From an uncultured Psychroserpens sp. (lineage in GTDB: Bacteria; Bacteroidota; Bacteroidia; Flavobacteriales; Flavobacteriaceae), in the NCBI RefSeq assembly GCF_947492715.1, contig NZ_CANLNS010000007.1:140591-204590 (forward strand): a DNA stretch of 64,000 bases, given 5' to 3'. How positions within the stretch are numbered: position 1 is the stretch's first letter; each line of letters opens with the position of its first letter. Shown one piece after another: positions 40,695-51,203 of this stretch. The position numbers and the translations under genes are program-made. The notes beneath the pieces were generated by a model. That model saw nothing but the letters and a program-made list of their open reading frames with translations. It was not told the DNA's origin and searched no databases.

Positions 40695-42110
40695 ATGAAA
40701 AATTTAACTCTTTTCCTAGCCTGCTTTGTTATATCCCTAAGTTATGCTCAAAACATCAGCTTAGAAGTTTATGCGTCAGGCTTATCTTCTCCAGTAAATG
40801 CAAAACATGCTGGTGATGACAGATTCTTTGTTGCAGAACGCGCTGGTGTTATTAAAATTATTAATGCCGATGGTAGTGTAAACACAGCTCCCTTCTTAGA
40901 TATCGATCCTAGAGTCATCAATAATGGTGGTGAACAGGGATTACTAGCAATGGCATTCCACCCCAACTATGACACTAATGGCTTCTTTTTTGTGAACTAC
41001 ATCGATAACAATGGTGACACAATTATCTCAAGGTTCACAAGAAGTACAGCGGATACAGCTGACCCAAATTCTGAGGTCATCTTATTAAACATCTCGCAAC
41101 CATTCCCTAACCACAATGGTGGCGATATGCACTTCGGTCCTAATGATGGATATTTATATATCTCAACAGGCGATGGTGGTTCTGGTGGTGATCCAGGAAA
41201 TCGCGCACAAAACATGACCTTATTATTAGGTAAAATGTTAAGACTCGATGTTGATGTAACACAAACTCAAATAGACACAGGTATAACATATCTTATTCCT
41301 AGTGACAATCCTTTTGTAAGTGACTCTGCTGTTTTAGATGAAATTTGGGCATCAGGACTAAGAAATCCTTGGAAATTCTCTTTTGATAGATCTAATGGTG
41401 ATATGTGGATCGCAGATGTTGGTCAAAGTAATAGAGAAGAAATCAATCGTGTTTCATCTACATCAACAGGAGGCGAAAACTATGGATGGAAGTGTTTTGA
41501 AGGCACTTCAACATTTAGCAATGTAGCTGGTTGCAGTACTATTACTCACACACCTCCAGTTGCAGAATACAACTATGGTGGAAATCCTTTCAAATGTTCA
41601 ATCACTGGTGGTTATCGTTATAGAGGAACAATTCAAACAGGGCTCCAAGGTTTATATTTCTTTGGAGATTACTGCAGCGATGAAATTGGAGTTGTTCAAG
41701 AAACAGCACCAGATACTTATACTTTGAATTTTGTCGATGACTTTTCGGGTCAAGGTTGGTCTGGTTTTGCTGAAGACGTAAATGGTGAACTTTTTGTAAT
41801 AGGCTTGCTATCTGGAACAGTTTATAGAATTGTTGATGATAACTTAAGTGTTAGTGACGAAACTTTAAATAGCATTAGAATGTTTCCTAATCCTGCAAAA
41901 AACACCTTAACTTTTGATTTAACAAATGCATCCAATCAAATTAATAGTGTCAATATTTTTGATATACAAGGTAAATTAATCCAATCGAACACCAACTTTG
42001 ATCAGCAACTGGTTACTTTAAACACGAAATCATTAACTAGTGGTTTATATATCGTAGAAATACAAGGAACAGATGGAAAGAAAAGTGTTCGTAAACTCAT
42101 TAAAGAATAA
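40695..42110 (+). CDS. PQQ-dependent sugar dehydrogenase (soluble GDH/sorbosone dehydrogenase-like) with T9SS CTD
   Basis: GEQGLLAMAFHP, HNGGDMHFGPNDGYLYISTGDGG and WASGLRNPW beta-propeller motifs. The C-terminus is MFPNPAKNTLTF...DIQGKLI...GLYIVEI. Confidence 0.85.
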   Translation: MKNLTLFLACFVISLSYAQNISLEVYASGLSSPVNAKHAGDDRFFVAERAGVIKIINADGSVNTAPFLDIDPRVINNGGEQGLLAMAFHPNYDTNGFFFVNYIDNNGDTIISRFTRSTADTADPNSEVILLNISQPFPNHNGGDMHFGPNDGYLYISTGDGGSGGDPGNRAQNMTLLLGKMLRLDVDVTQTQIDTGITYLIPSDNPFVSDSAVLDEIWASGLRNPWKFSFDRSNGDMWIADVGQSNREEINRVSSTSTGGENYGWKCFEGTSTFSNVAGCSTITHTPPVAEYNYGGNPFKCSITGGYRYRGTIQTGLQGLYFFGDYCSDEIGVVQETAPDTYTLNFVDDFSGQGWSGFAEDVNGELFVIGLLSGTVYRIVDDNLSVSDETLNSIRMFPNPAKNTLTFDLTNASNQINSVNIFDIQGKLIQSNTNFDQQLVTLNTKSLTSGLYIVEIQGTDGKKSVRKLIKE

Positions 42111-42827
42111 ATGAATCCAAATTTCGGAAAGCTATATCTTATTCCAACACGTCTCGGCGACAATCCGCCTCTTGAAGTTTTACCTATTTCGGTAAAAAAA
42201 ATTATTGAATTGGTAGACGATTATATTGTTGAGAATGAAAAAACAGCACGACGATTTATAAAAAAGGTAGATTCGAGGAAACAACAATCTACCTTAAACT
42301 TTAAAATTCTAAACAAATATACCCAGCCCGAAGAAATTCAAAATTTCTTAGAAGACTGCAAAAAAGGAAAACCAATGGGTTTGCTCTCAGAGGCTGGCTG
42401 TCCAGGCATAGCCGATCCTGGTGCTGATATTGTAAAACTAGCACATGATAATAATATTCAGGTGGTACCCTTGGTAGGACCTTCTTCTATAGTTCTAGCA
42501 TTAATGAGCTCAGGAATGAATGGCCAAAGTTTTGCTTTTAATGGATATATTCCTATTGATAAGCAAGAGCGAAAGACCACCTTAAAACGCTTGGAACGCT
42601 TGTCGTATGAGCAAAATCAAACACAATTATTCATAGAAACACCTTATCGTAACAACAAAATATTGGAAGATATTTGTTCTACGTTACATCCCAACACAAG
42701 AGTTTGTGTGGCTTGCGATATTACGCTCCCTACAGAATACATCAAAACCATGACTGCAAAGGAATGGAAACATAACAAAGTTGATTTACATAAACGACCA
42801 GCTATTTTTATTATTCATAAAGATTGA
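42111..42827 (+). CDS. SAM-dependent methyltransferase, tetrapyrrole-methylase fold (RsmI-like)
   Basis: LYLIPTRLGD and SEAGCPGIADPG motifs. Confidence 0.6.
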   Translation: MNPNFGKLYLIPTRLGDNPPLEVLPISVKKIIELVDDYIVENEKTARRFIKKVDSRKQQSTLNFKILNKYTQPEEIQNFLEDCKKGKPMGLLSEAGCPGIADPGADIVKLAHDNNIQVVPLVGPSSIVLALMSSGMNGQSFAFNGYIPIDKQERKTTLKRLERLSYEQNQTQLFIETPYRNNKILEDICSTLHPNTRVCVACDITLPTEYIKTMTAKEWKHNKVDLHKRPAIFIIHKD

Positions 42828-42996
42828 GATTAATCTCAGTTGAAAGCTGAATGTCTGGCGATTTAAAAAAACGCGCTTGCCCTTCGTAAAACACAAGGCG
42901 TTTGACATTAATTTTACACTTTTTTGACATTTCAAATGGTATTTAACCTGCTTTATATCATACATTTATGACCATAAATCAATACATTTTGGTCGC

Positions 42997-43797
42997 ATGA
43001 AAAAAACTATTACAATTTCAGGAATTACCCTAATCATACTATGCATCTTAGTTTATGGCGCACTAAACCTAGATCATAAGACCGTAAACTATGCTAAAGA
43101 TTCGAATAATGGGCTTAACCCCGTTACGGAGCCTACAAAAACGAGTGTAAACAAAAATAATCAGCGATTTTTTTATTCTGTAGGTAACCGATATGATGTT
43201 ATCAAAAAATCTGATTTACTTAAAGCCAAATCAATTAAAGATTTCTTGCGAAAAGAGCAAATGCCTCCTTTAGACTCTTACCAATTTATAAGCATGATTG
43301 TCATTAAGGACAATAAGCAAACAGATGAGATAGCAATGAGTAAAACCGATAAACTATCTAAATCTCAAATTGAGTTATTAAAATCTGCTAACTTTTCAAC
43401 ACACATTTTAATAAGAAGTGATTATGAAAACATTAGTGAAGAAACATTACAAACTAAATATGGTTATTGGTGTCCTCACTTAACAATTGTTCCTGAACAG
43501 CAAGCAAAATATATCTATGGTCAGGACGCACTTGTATCCTATCTAGAAGAAAATGGTGAAGCAGTATTAAAATCAATTGATGAGAATAAGTTCAAATCTG
43601 TTAGTGTCTATTTTACAGTAACCAAGGAAGGCTTGATAAGCAATACTAGAATGGAATCAAACTCGAATCACCCAAAGGTTGATGAGAAGATAATAGAGCT
43701 TATTACTGGTTCTTCTGGGCAATGGGTTCCTGCAAAAAACATTAAGGGAGAAGATGTTGATCAAGAGCTTGTCTTTTCGCTTAGTACAGGCTGTTAA
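42997..43797 (+). CDS. membrane-anchored hypothetical protein, C-terminal TonB-C-like fold (weak)
   Basis: N-terminal helix ITISGITLIILCILVYGAL. The C-terminal VYFTVTKEGLISN...WVPAKNIKGEDV resembles TonB C-terminal domains. Confidence 0.5.
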   Translation: MKKTITISGITLIILCILVYGALNLDHKTVNYAKDSNNGLNPVTEPTKTSVNKNNQRFFYSVGNRYDVIKKSDLLKAKSIKDFLRKEQMPPLDSYQFISMIVIKDNKQTDEIAMSKTDKLSKSQIELLKSANFSTHILIRSDYENISEETLQTKYGYWCPHLTIVPEQQAKYIYGQDALVSYLEENGEAVLKSIDENKFKSVSVYFTVTKEGLISNTRMESNSNHPKVDEKIIELITGSSGQWVPAKNIKGEDVDQELVFSLSTGC

Positions 43798-43804
43798 ATA
43801 AAAA

Positions 43805-43832
43805 AAAGCCAATCTATATGATTGGCTTTTTT
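43805..43832. terminator. bidirectional intrinsic terminator
   Basis: aaagccaatc-tatat-gattggcttt hairpin, flanked by A- and T-runs, between convergent genes. Confidence 0.7.
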
Positions 43833-43864
43833 CATTCATTCATTAATCTAAAATATAATATCGA

Positions 43865-44560
43865 CTATAATGTCGCTTTGGCTCTTTTATCTGCTTCTAT
43901 GAAAGAGGTATCATATCCTGAAAACTTTTTCATATAATGTTTAACAGTCGTTCCGTAAGCATCAGAGAAATTATTACTTCCATAACTTCTCAAAAACTTC
44001 TTAACGCTACCTGGTCCAGCCAAATGGGCCGCAGCCAAAATCCCAGACTCCGTAATATCAACACCATTAATCTTCTTCCCAACAAAACGTTCGATATCCT
44101 TACGTAAAATCCATTTATTACGTTCAGCGTTGGCTAAAAATGCCTTTTCTTGTAGTTTTGGATTATATAAAAATTGTGTTGGATTATAGATTCCAATCAT
44201 TTTCAATGTTTCTTTACCAAATTGGTATTTCCCTAAATACCCTAAAGTATTTACTGTAAAATAGTTACCTCTAGACTCTTTAAATGCTAGAGCTTCTTTA
44301 AAACCATGGTAAGATTTGCCTAAATACGGAAAATAAGTGTACGTTGATGGCATTGAACTAGTTGCTTCTTTCAGCGTTAATTCATTATCATTAGGTGTAT
44401 GCTCGTTAAAAGCAATGTCCTTAGATATATTGTAATCAAGCTCTAAACCTTCAGTTGAATAATCGGCATAATTGATCGATTGCTCAGGTTTAAGTGCCAA
44501 ATAAAGTGTGACACAAATAGCTAATGGTACAACAAAATAATTACCTACTTTTTTAATCAT
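43865..44560 (-). CDS. membrane-anchored hypothetical protein with lytic-transglycosylase-like motif
   Basis: N-terminal helix, then FKESRGNYFTVNTLGYLGKYQF, which resembles the E-S...G-x-x-Q signature of GH23/SLT domains. Weak call. Confidence 0.45.
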   Translation of the reverse strand: MIKKVGNYFVVPLAICVTLYLALKPEQSINYADYSTEGLELDYNISKDIAFNEHTPNDNELTLKEATSSMPSTYTYFPYLGKSYHGFKEALAFKESRGNYFTVNTLGYLGKYQFGKETLKMIGIYNPTQFLYNPKLQEKAFLANAERNKWILRKDIERFVGKKINGVDITESGILAAAHLAGPGSVKKFLRSYGSNNFSDAYGTTVKHYMKKFSGYDTSFIEADKRAKATL

Positions 44561-44668
44561 AATAGCTAATTTTAGTAAGTCGAAATCATCCCCTTCTATG
44601 ACTTACAAATTGCGCCTGCAAATATACGCTTTTTTCTATATATCTGAAAATAAGCTGTTAAAGTGTTG

Positions 44669-45583
44669 TTAAAAGTAGATATAGTGGAGCTTTATGCCGT
44701 TTTTCCCGTTGAATTCAATAGCTGGAAAAGGCACTTTTATGACGTTCAAAACGTCAAATACGGTTCTCAACACTCGAGAATTTGTGCGTATTCTAGACAA
44801 ATCTACATCCAAACTAAGGAAAAATTGCCGCTGTCTATTTTGAGTTATAAATATGTTATTAACATTTTCCTCTTTTCCGGTGAGCATTCCCTCTGCACTA
44901 TAACCAACTGCCAGGTTAATCCATTTAGGAATTTTACTATCCTTAAAGAAAGAATGCACATTGGCACTCAACCAATATGTTTGTCCATTATAATCCTTTA
45001 AAAGCTCTTCTAAAAACCCCTCTCCTAGTTTATCAGGTCGCTGACTAGCATATTGTGTTTGATGAAATGAATACTTCATTGTTATACGTTGCTCGTCCCA
45101 TAACAGTTCTTGTCCGACATACAGTCCAGTTCCCAAGCCATTGGCAACCATATCAGACCAAGAAAATCCCCATTCTTCAGAATAGCCATCAAAAATTTCT
45201 ACAGCAGTTAAAAATCCAAAACCTAAGGTAGCTCCATAAATAAGTTGATCTTTTTTGGAAACACCACTCCATCTTAGGGCATTTGCTCCTAGTCTTCCAA
45301 GTTGATAAGACGAAAACACATGACCGAGTTTGTCCATTTGCAACCACTCATCAGTATCATTTATTGTTTTAAATTTAGATCTAGGGAAATCGGCATACCA
45401 TAATTGATCGAGTCCTATTAACGTTAGTGTAGCTAAGGAAGTTTCAGCAATAACAACAGCATTACGTCTTGAATTGTGCAGGGTATCGCTTGGTTTTAAA
45501 AAAGAATCGCCCCTTGATTGAGAGTGAGCAGAAACCAACACCAAGGCACATATCAGAAATAAAAAATGTCGAATCCTGAACAT
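44669..45583 (-). CDS. DUF2279/YfiM-like outer-membrane lipoprotein
   Basis: Signal peptide. WYADFPRSKF and DKLGHVFSSYQ motifs recalled from DUF2279. Not verified. Confidence 0.5.
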   Translation of the reverse strand: MFRIRHFLFLICALVLVSAHSQSRGDSFLKPSDTLHNSRRNAVVIAETSLATLTLIGLDQLWYADFPRSKFKTINDTDEWLQMDKLGHVFSSYQLGRLGANALRWSGVSKKDQLIYGATLGFGFLTAVEIFDGYSEEWGFSWSDMVANGLGTGLYVGQELLWDEQRITMKYSFHQTQYASQRPDKLGEGFLEELLKDYNGQTYWLSANVHSFFKDSKIPKWINLAVGYSAEGMLTGKEENVNNIFITQNRQRQFFLSLDVDLSRIRTNSRVLRTVFDVLNVIKVPFPAIEFNGKNGIKLHYIYF

Positions 45584-46626
45584 TATTTATTAATCCCTTG
45601 AGACGAAAGATAACGTTGATACTCTCTAGCATTGACATTATGCTGAGATAAAGTTTTTGCGAACTTATGAAATCCGAGTTTTTTTGCATTGGCAGCAAAA
45701 TACAAGTAATTATGCTTTTCATAATTGAGTACTGCATTAATGGCTGAAATATCAGGCATAGCTATTAATCCTGGAGGCAAACCTGCATTCATATAAGTAT
45801 TATAAGGTGACTCAATATCCTTATGTTTGTTCAGTACTCGTTTTATAATCGTGTTTTTATATTCGGGTAATTTATACGCTGCAAATTTCAAGGTTGGATC
45901 AGCTTGCAAAGGCATTCCAATGCGCAATCGGTTCATATATACACCAGCAATTCTTGGTTGTTCACTGGCCTGCTTTGATTCTTCATGAACAATAGATGCA
46001 AGTGCCATTATTTCATCTTGAGACAAGCCAATAGTTTTAGCTTTTGCTTTTCTATTGTCATTCCAAAAACGATTATATTCTTTGAGCATTCGGTCTCTAA
46101 ATCCTTCTGCCGACGTATTCCAGAAAAACTCATAACTATTTGGGACATACATACCCAGAGCTGTTTCGTTTGAAAAGCCGTTTTCTTCCAAGAATGACGT
46201 ATCAGTCATTGCTTGAATTAAAGCGGTACTATCGGTATCTATTTGGTTGCTTATTCGACCTGCCAACTTCTCAAGACTCTCTTGGTTGTTAAATGCTATT
46301 TTAATAGGAACATTATTACTTCGTATAGAATTAATAATATCATTATTACTCATTCCTTTTTTAATGACAAACTTTCCCGCCTTTAAATTAGAAGTGTACT
46401 TCTTTCGTTCTGCCAAAGCATCAAACCCCTCAATATCCTTAAGTAAGGGTTCTAGTTGCATTCTTACATCTTTGTAGGCGTCGTTTTTAGACACAAAAAT
46501 GTAAGCCTCATCATTATTGAAGCTGGTATTTGGCGATAACATCGCGTTATAGACATAATATCCAAAATAAGCAGCAACAAGCAAACCTATAATTGCGATA
46601 GCCCAGAGTATTTTCTTTATATACAT
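45583..46626 (-). CDS. mltG: endolytic murein transglycosylase MltG (YceG-like)
   Basis: N-terminal membrane anchor, then LASIVHEES and YNTYMNAGLPPG motifs. Confidence 0.9.
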   Translation of the reverse strand: MYIKKILWAIAIIGLLVAAYFGYYVYNAMLSPNTSFNNDEAYIFVSKNDAYKDVRMQLEPLLKDIEGFDALAERKKYTSNLKAGKFVIKKGMSNNDIINSIRSNNVPIKIAFNNQESLEKLAGRISNQIDTDSTALIQAMTDTSFLEENGFSNETALGMYVPNSYEFFWNTSAEGFRDRMLKEYNRFWNDNRKAKAKTIGLSQDEIMALASIVHEESKQASEQPRIAGVYMNRLRIGMPLQADPTLKFAAYKLPEYKNTIIKRVLNKHKDIESPYNTYMNAGLPPGLIAMPDISAINAVLNYEKHNYLYFAANAKKLGFHKFAKTLSQHNVNAREYQRYLSSQGINK

Positions 46627-47151
46627 TTAATTAAGAAGTATTTGTAATAAGTATTCATTTTTATAAGAACCATTTACATAGTTCCAGTCTTTTTTTAATC
46701 CGATTATATCGAATCCCTGATTTTTAAACAACTTCAAGCTCATATCATTTTCTTCGGAAATATTACAAAACAGTTGATGCATATCTAAGTGTGACTTACA
46801 GTAAGCTATTAATAACTGCAATGCTTCCTGTCCATAACCTCTTTGCCTCATATCCTTGTCTTTTATCAATATTCCCACACCAGCACGTCTATTTTTAAAA
46901 TCAAAATCAAATAAATCGATCATTCCAATAGCTATATCATTTTGAGTACAAATTACTAAACGCAATTGTTTGACTTCAAAAATATCTTTATGAGCTTGTT
47001 CAAGATATTGCTTTATTAAAAACTTAGAATAAGGTGTTATCGTATTACTTACTTCCCAAATATCCTGATTATTCTCAATGGCATGAATAAAATCAAGATC
47101 TTCTGGCTCTAAAGCTCTCAAATAAATATGTTCTCCTTTGAGTGTTACCAT
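46627..47151 (-). CDS. GNAT family N-acetyltransferase (RimJ/RimL-like)
   Basis: MRQRGYGQEALQLLI acetyl-CoA motif. Confidence 0.75.
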   Translation of the reverse strand: MVTLKGEHIYLRALEPEDLDFIHAIENNQDIWEVSNTITPYSKFLIKQYLEQAHKDIFEVKQLRLVICTQNDIAIGMIDLFDFDFKNRRAGVGILIKDKDMRQRGYGQEALQLLIAYCKSHLDMHQLFCNISEENDMSLKLFKNQGFDIIGLKKDWNYVNGSYKNEYLLQILLN

Positions 47152-47924
47152 TATATATGACCTTTATAAACTTGAGTTGCTGGACCAATAAGCCATATAT
47201 TCTCATAACTTCCATGACCTTTTTCAAAAGATACTTTTAGCGTCCCTCCTTCAGTTTCTAACGTTATCAGTTTTTTTTCTGTCTCTCCTATATAGTGCAT
47301 TGCCAAGGCAACTGCTGTAACCCCTGTACCACAAGAATAAGTCTCATCCTCAACACCTCTTTCATAGGTTCTTACCGAAAAACTATCATCACTATTCTTA
47401 CTTACAAAATTAACGTTACTCCCTTCTTCATTATAAGGTTCACCTGATCTAATTTGTCTTCCGATAGTCTTAACATCAAATGATGCCAAATCATTAGCCA
47501 TTTGAATATGATGTGGCGACCCTGTATCTAAAAACGTATGAGATTCGTAAGTCTCAATAGAACTAACATCTTGCATTTGTAAACTTACCAAGCCATTTTC
47601 AATTTTAGCCTTATGCAGTCCGTCAATAGCCTCAAAAGTTGCAGTATCCTTAATGACACCCAAAAAATTAGCAAAGGCAGTTATACATCTTCCACCATTA
47701 CCACACATAGAGCTTTCATTACCATCTGCGTTAAAATAAACCATTCTAAAATCGCATGATTCATGAGTTTCAAGAAGTATTAATCCGTCGGCACCAATAC
47801 CAAACCGTCTATCACATAAAAAAGAGATAAACGCCGTATCTTTTTTGTTGAAAATTTGCTGACGATTATCAACCATCACAAAATCATTTCCTGTTCCCTG
47901 ATATTTATAAAATGTAAGTTCCAT
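47151..47924 (-). CDS. dapF: diaminopimelate epimerase
   Basis: FYKYQGTGNDFVMVD, with catalytic cysteines in MCGNGGRC and YSCGTG. Confidence 0.95.
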   Translation of the reverse strand: MELTFYKYQGTGNDFVMVDNRQQIFNKKDTAFISFLCDRRFGIGADGLILLETHESCDFRMVYFNADGNESSMCGNGGRCITAFANFLGVIKDTATFEAIDGLHKAKIENGLVSLQMQDVSSIETYESHTFLDTGSPHHIQMANDLASFDVKTIGRQIRSGEPYNEEGSNVNFVSKNSDDSFSVRTYERGVEDETYSCGTGVTAVALAMHYIGETEKKLITLETEGGTLKVSFEKGHGSYENIWLIGPATQVYKGHI

Positions 47925-48078
47925 AGGTGATGCAAATATATAAATAATGATGCGATAATTGTGTTGTTAAATGAGCGTTAAATTAGACGTTAAAAATCGT
48001 TAAAGTTCAATTTCTACTTCAATAAATAGTTAATTTTAGTCGTTACATTTTGTAATAACATTTAAAACCTAATAACTA

Positions 48079-49494
48079 ATGAAAAAGATTTTAACCTTAG
48101 TATTTGTTTCGGTGTTAGGTGGAATCATAGCATTATCTGCCTACACTCTTTTTATCGAAAAAAATCAAACTATAACCATGACTGAAAGCTCAAACGAGCC
48201 ACAATTTTTGAATGCGAGTTATGACACAAATACAGCCAACTTGATTAATGGCGAACAACCAGATTTTATTGAAGCTGCCGAGAATACAATTAACTCAGTA
48301 GTTCATGTCAAAAACACATCTATAGTAAGTGGAGCTTTAACCTTTGAAGATTTATTCTACGGACGAAGTTCACAACGCGCTCAAGTTGGAACTGGTAGTG
48401 GTGTTATCATTGATAAAAATGGCTACATTATTACTAATAATCATGTGATTGCTGGTTCTAGTAGTATTTCTATTACTTTAAATGATAATAGAGTATATGA
48501 GGCTACACTTATAGGTGCAGATGAAAAAACAGACATCGCTCTTTTAAAAATTGAAGCAGACGAAGATCTTCCTGCCATCGAATTTGGAGATTCAGATCAT
48601 GCCAAAATTGGCGAATGGGTTCTGGCTGTTGGTAATCCTTTTAACCTTACCTCTACTGTAACTGCAGGAATTATCAGCGCTAAATCTAGAGATCTGTCTG
48701 GACGAAACTCTCAATCGTTTATTCAAACAGATGCAGCGGTAAATCCTGGAAATTCGGGAGGTGCTTTAGTGAATTCTAATGGTAGACTTATTGGTATCAA
48801 TACGGCTATTACATCAAAAACAGGGTCTTACATTGGATACTCGTTTGCAGTGCCAAGTAACATTGCCAAAAAAGTAGTACAGGATATTATTGAATATGGC
48901 GATGTACAAGAAGGTGTGCTTGGTGTATCTATTTTAAATAGAAATTCTGACGAAGCAAAAGAACTAGGGGTAAGCGAAATTCAAGGCGTATATATTAGTA
49001 ATGTCGAAGATAATTCTGGTGCAGAAAAAGCAGGTATCAAAAATGGAGATATTATTAAAAGATTAGATAACGTAGAAATTTCTAAATTTTCAGATTTGAG
49101 CGGCTATATTAAAACCAAACGCCCTAATGATGTCATTAATGTTGAAATTGAACGTGATAGCAAAGTTAAGATTATCCCTGTTACGCTTTCAAAAAGCGAT
49201 ATTATTAGTGTCAAATTTATCGACATGGAGTTACGTAATCTCCCTTCAAAACTTAAAAAAGAATACGATATCAAAAACGGTGTTATTGTTCAAGATAATA
49301 AGAATAGTTTCCTCTATTCAAAACTAGGTATCTCACGCGGGTATATTATTACTGGTATCAACGACGTTCCAATTAATAGTGTAGAAGATATTTCAAAATT
49401 CACCGAAAAATATGGTGATAAAGCTCAAGAAAACATTTTTAAGCTAGAATATTTAAATACCAAATTAGAGCGAAAAGAAGTCATCTTTAGATAG
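48079..49494 (+). CDS. HtrA/DegP-family serine protease with two PDZ domains
   Basis: Catalytic triad contexts TNNHV, DIALLKI and GNSGGAL. An N-terminal anchor is present. Confidence 0.9.
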   Translation: MKKILTLVFVSVLGGIIALSAYTLFIEKNQTITMTESSNEPQFLNASYDTNTANLINGEQPDFIEAAENTINSVVHVKNTSIVSGALTFEDLFYGRSSQRAQVGTGSGVIIDKNGYIITNNHVIAGSSSISITLNDNRVYEATLIGADEKTDIALLKIEADEDLPAIEFGDSDHAKIGEWVLAVGNPFNLTSTVTAGIISAKSRDLSGRNSQSFIQTDAAVNPGNSGGALVNSNGRLIGINTAITSKTGSYIGYSFAVPSNIAKKVVQDIIEYGDVQEGVLGVSILNRNSDEAKELGVSEIQGVYISNVEDNSGAEKAGIKNGDIIKRLDNVEISKFSDLSGYIKTKRPNDVINVEIERDSKVKIIPVTLSKSDIISVKFIDMELRNLPSKLKKEYDIKNGVIVQDNKNSFLYSKLGISRGYIITGINDVPINSVEDISKFTEKYGDKAQENIFKLEYLNTKLERKEVIFR

Positions 49495-49512
49495 ACCAAA
49501 ATCAAACGAACA

Positions 49513-49550
49513 AAAACCTCTTCAAAATTTAAAATTTAGAAGGGGTTTTT
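49513..49550 (+). terminator. intrinsic terminator after the htrA-like gene
   Basis: aaaacctcttc ... gaaggggtttt hairpin (one mismatch) followed by a T-run. Confidence 0.55.
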
Positions 49551-49589
49551 ATTTTGTATAAAAACGCTACGAAAACGTTTGAAATGTAT

Positions 49590-49597
49590 TATTTTTG
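49590..49597 (+). promoter_or_regulatory. Bacteroidota -7 box TAttTTTG
   Basis: Exact TAnnTTTG, 40 nt upstream of ATG 49637. Confidence 0.5.
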
Positions 49598-49636
49598 CAA
49601 AAATTTTTAAACACACAACACACTAAATTAATTACA

Positions 49637-51085
49637 ATGGGTTTGAACGGAACTTATGAAAAAGAACTCGCTTTTCAAGCAGATCGAAGAAGAGCTACAG
49701 TTGAATTTATAAAAATTGTTAGCGATCTTTGGTACGACAAATCAATAGAATTGGTGCTTTTTAGAAACCAACTAATTGATCGTAACGTGAGCGAAATTTT
49801 AAATCTTCACGAATATGCTGGAGAGTTTGTACAGAAACCAATTTCAATTTTTGATTCTGTAGAAATTGCGCAAGCAATTAAAACGTTAGACCTTCCTCCT
49901 GCCAAGTTAGATATTGGAAAGTTAACTTACGAATTTCATCTTGAAGACCAAAAGTACAGTAATGCTACTGGATTTGTTGCTGAAAAACTTAAAGACGCTA
50001 AGAAAAATAAAGCCATACAACCAAAAGATGTGGTGCTTTATGGTTTTGGACGAATTGGTCGATTAGTGGCCAGAGAGCTAATGACTAGAACAGGAAAAGG
50101 AAGTCAATTACGTTTAAGAGCAATTGTAACTCGCGGAACTATTGACCAAGTTGTTCTTGAAAAAAGAGCCTCTTTATTACGTAACGATTCTGTACATGGT
50201 GATTTCCCAGGAACTGTTATTGCCGATGCAAAAAACAGTGCGTTAATTATCAACGGAACTACCGTAAATGTCATATCGGCTAATGCTCCTGAAGATATTG
50301 ATTATACTAAGTTAGGTATTAATAATGCCTTAGTTATTGATAACACTGGAGCTTTTAGAGATGACGAAGCTCTAGGAAGACATTTAAAGTCTAAAGGTGT
50401 TGATAAAGTATTATTAACTGCTCCAGGTAAAGGTGTTCCTAATATTGTTCATGGTGTAAATCACTTAGAAAACAATCCAGATAAAGTTGATATTTTCTCT
50501 GCCGCATCTTGCACGACTAATGCCATCACTCCTGTTCTAAAAGCAGTAGAAGACACATTTGGTGTTATAAGTGGACACTTAGAAACAATCCATGCCTACA
50601 CAAACGATCAAAACTTAGTTGATAATTTTCATAAAAAATACCGTCGTGGTAGAGCTGCAGCACTTAACATGGTCATTACCGAAACTGGTGCCGGAAAAGC
50701 TGTTTCAAAAGCCTTACCATCGCTAGAAGGAAAATTAACATCTAATGCGATTAGAGTGCCTGTTCCTAATGGTTCTTTAGCTATTTTAAATTTAGAATTA
50801 GAAAAAGAAACATCTGTTGACGGTATTAACACCATCATGAAAAAATATGCTCTTGAAGGTGATTTAGTAGAACAAATCAAATATGAAATGAGCGATGAGT
50901 TAGTATCTAGTGATATTGTTGGAAGCTCTGCTCCATCTATCTATGATAGCAAAGCTACTATTGTTCGTGCTGACGGAAAAAATGCTATTTTATACATCTG
51001 GTATGACAACGAATATGGTTATAGTCATCAAGTCATTAGATTAGCTAAATACATTGCTAAAGTAAGACGTTTTTCTTACTATTAG
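49637..51085 (+). CDS. gap: glyceraldehyde-3-phosphate dehydrogenase, long (~480 aa) form
   Basis: GFGRIGR NAD motif and ASCTTNAITP active-site cysteine. Start set to ATG 49637 because the ORF-track start at 49595 overlaps the promoter box. Confidence 0.85.
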   Translation: MGLNGTYEKELAFQADRRRATVEFIKIVSDLWYDKSIELVLFRNQLIDRNVSEILNLHEYAGEFVQKPISIFDSVEIAQAIKTLDLPPAKLDIGKLTYEFHLEDQKYSNATGFVAEKLKDAKKNKAIQPKDVVLYGFGRIGRLVARELMTRTGKGSQLRLRAIVTRGTIDQVVLEKRASLLRNDSVHGDFPGTVIADAKNSALIINGTTVNVISANAPEDIDYTKLGINNALVIDNTGAFRDDEALGRHLKSKGVDKVLLTAPGKGVPNIVHGVNHLENNPDKVDIFSAASCTTNAITPVLKAVEDTFGVISGHLETIHAYTNDQNLVDNFHKKYRRGRAAALNMVITETGAGKAVSKALPSLEGKLTSNAIRVPVPNGSLAILNLELEKETSVDGINTIMKKYALEGDLVEQIKYEMSDELVSSDIVGSSAPSIYDSKATIVRADGKNAILYIWYDNEYGYSHQVIRLAKYIAKVRRFSYY

Positions 51086-51104
51086 TCTTGAATATAATTT
51101 CTAG

Positions 51105-51136
51105 AAAAATCCCATTTTTAAAAAAGTGGGATTTTT
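51105..51136 (+). terminator. intrinsic terminator after gap
   Basis: aaaaatccca ... tgggattttt hairpin with a T-run. Confidence 0.6.
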
Positions 51137-51203
51137 CTGCTTTATAGAAGCAACCATTTTAATGTTTCTGCATCTAGTAATTAGAATCTATAAATCAATT
51201 ACT

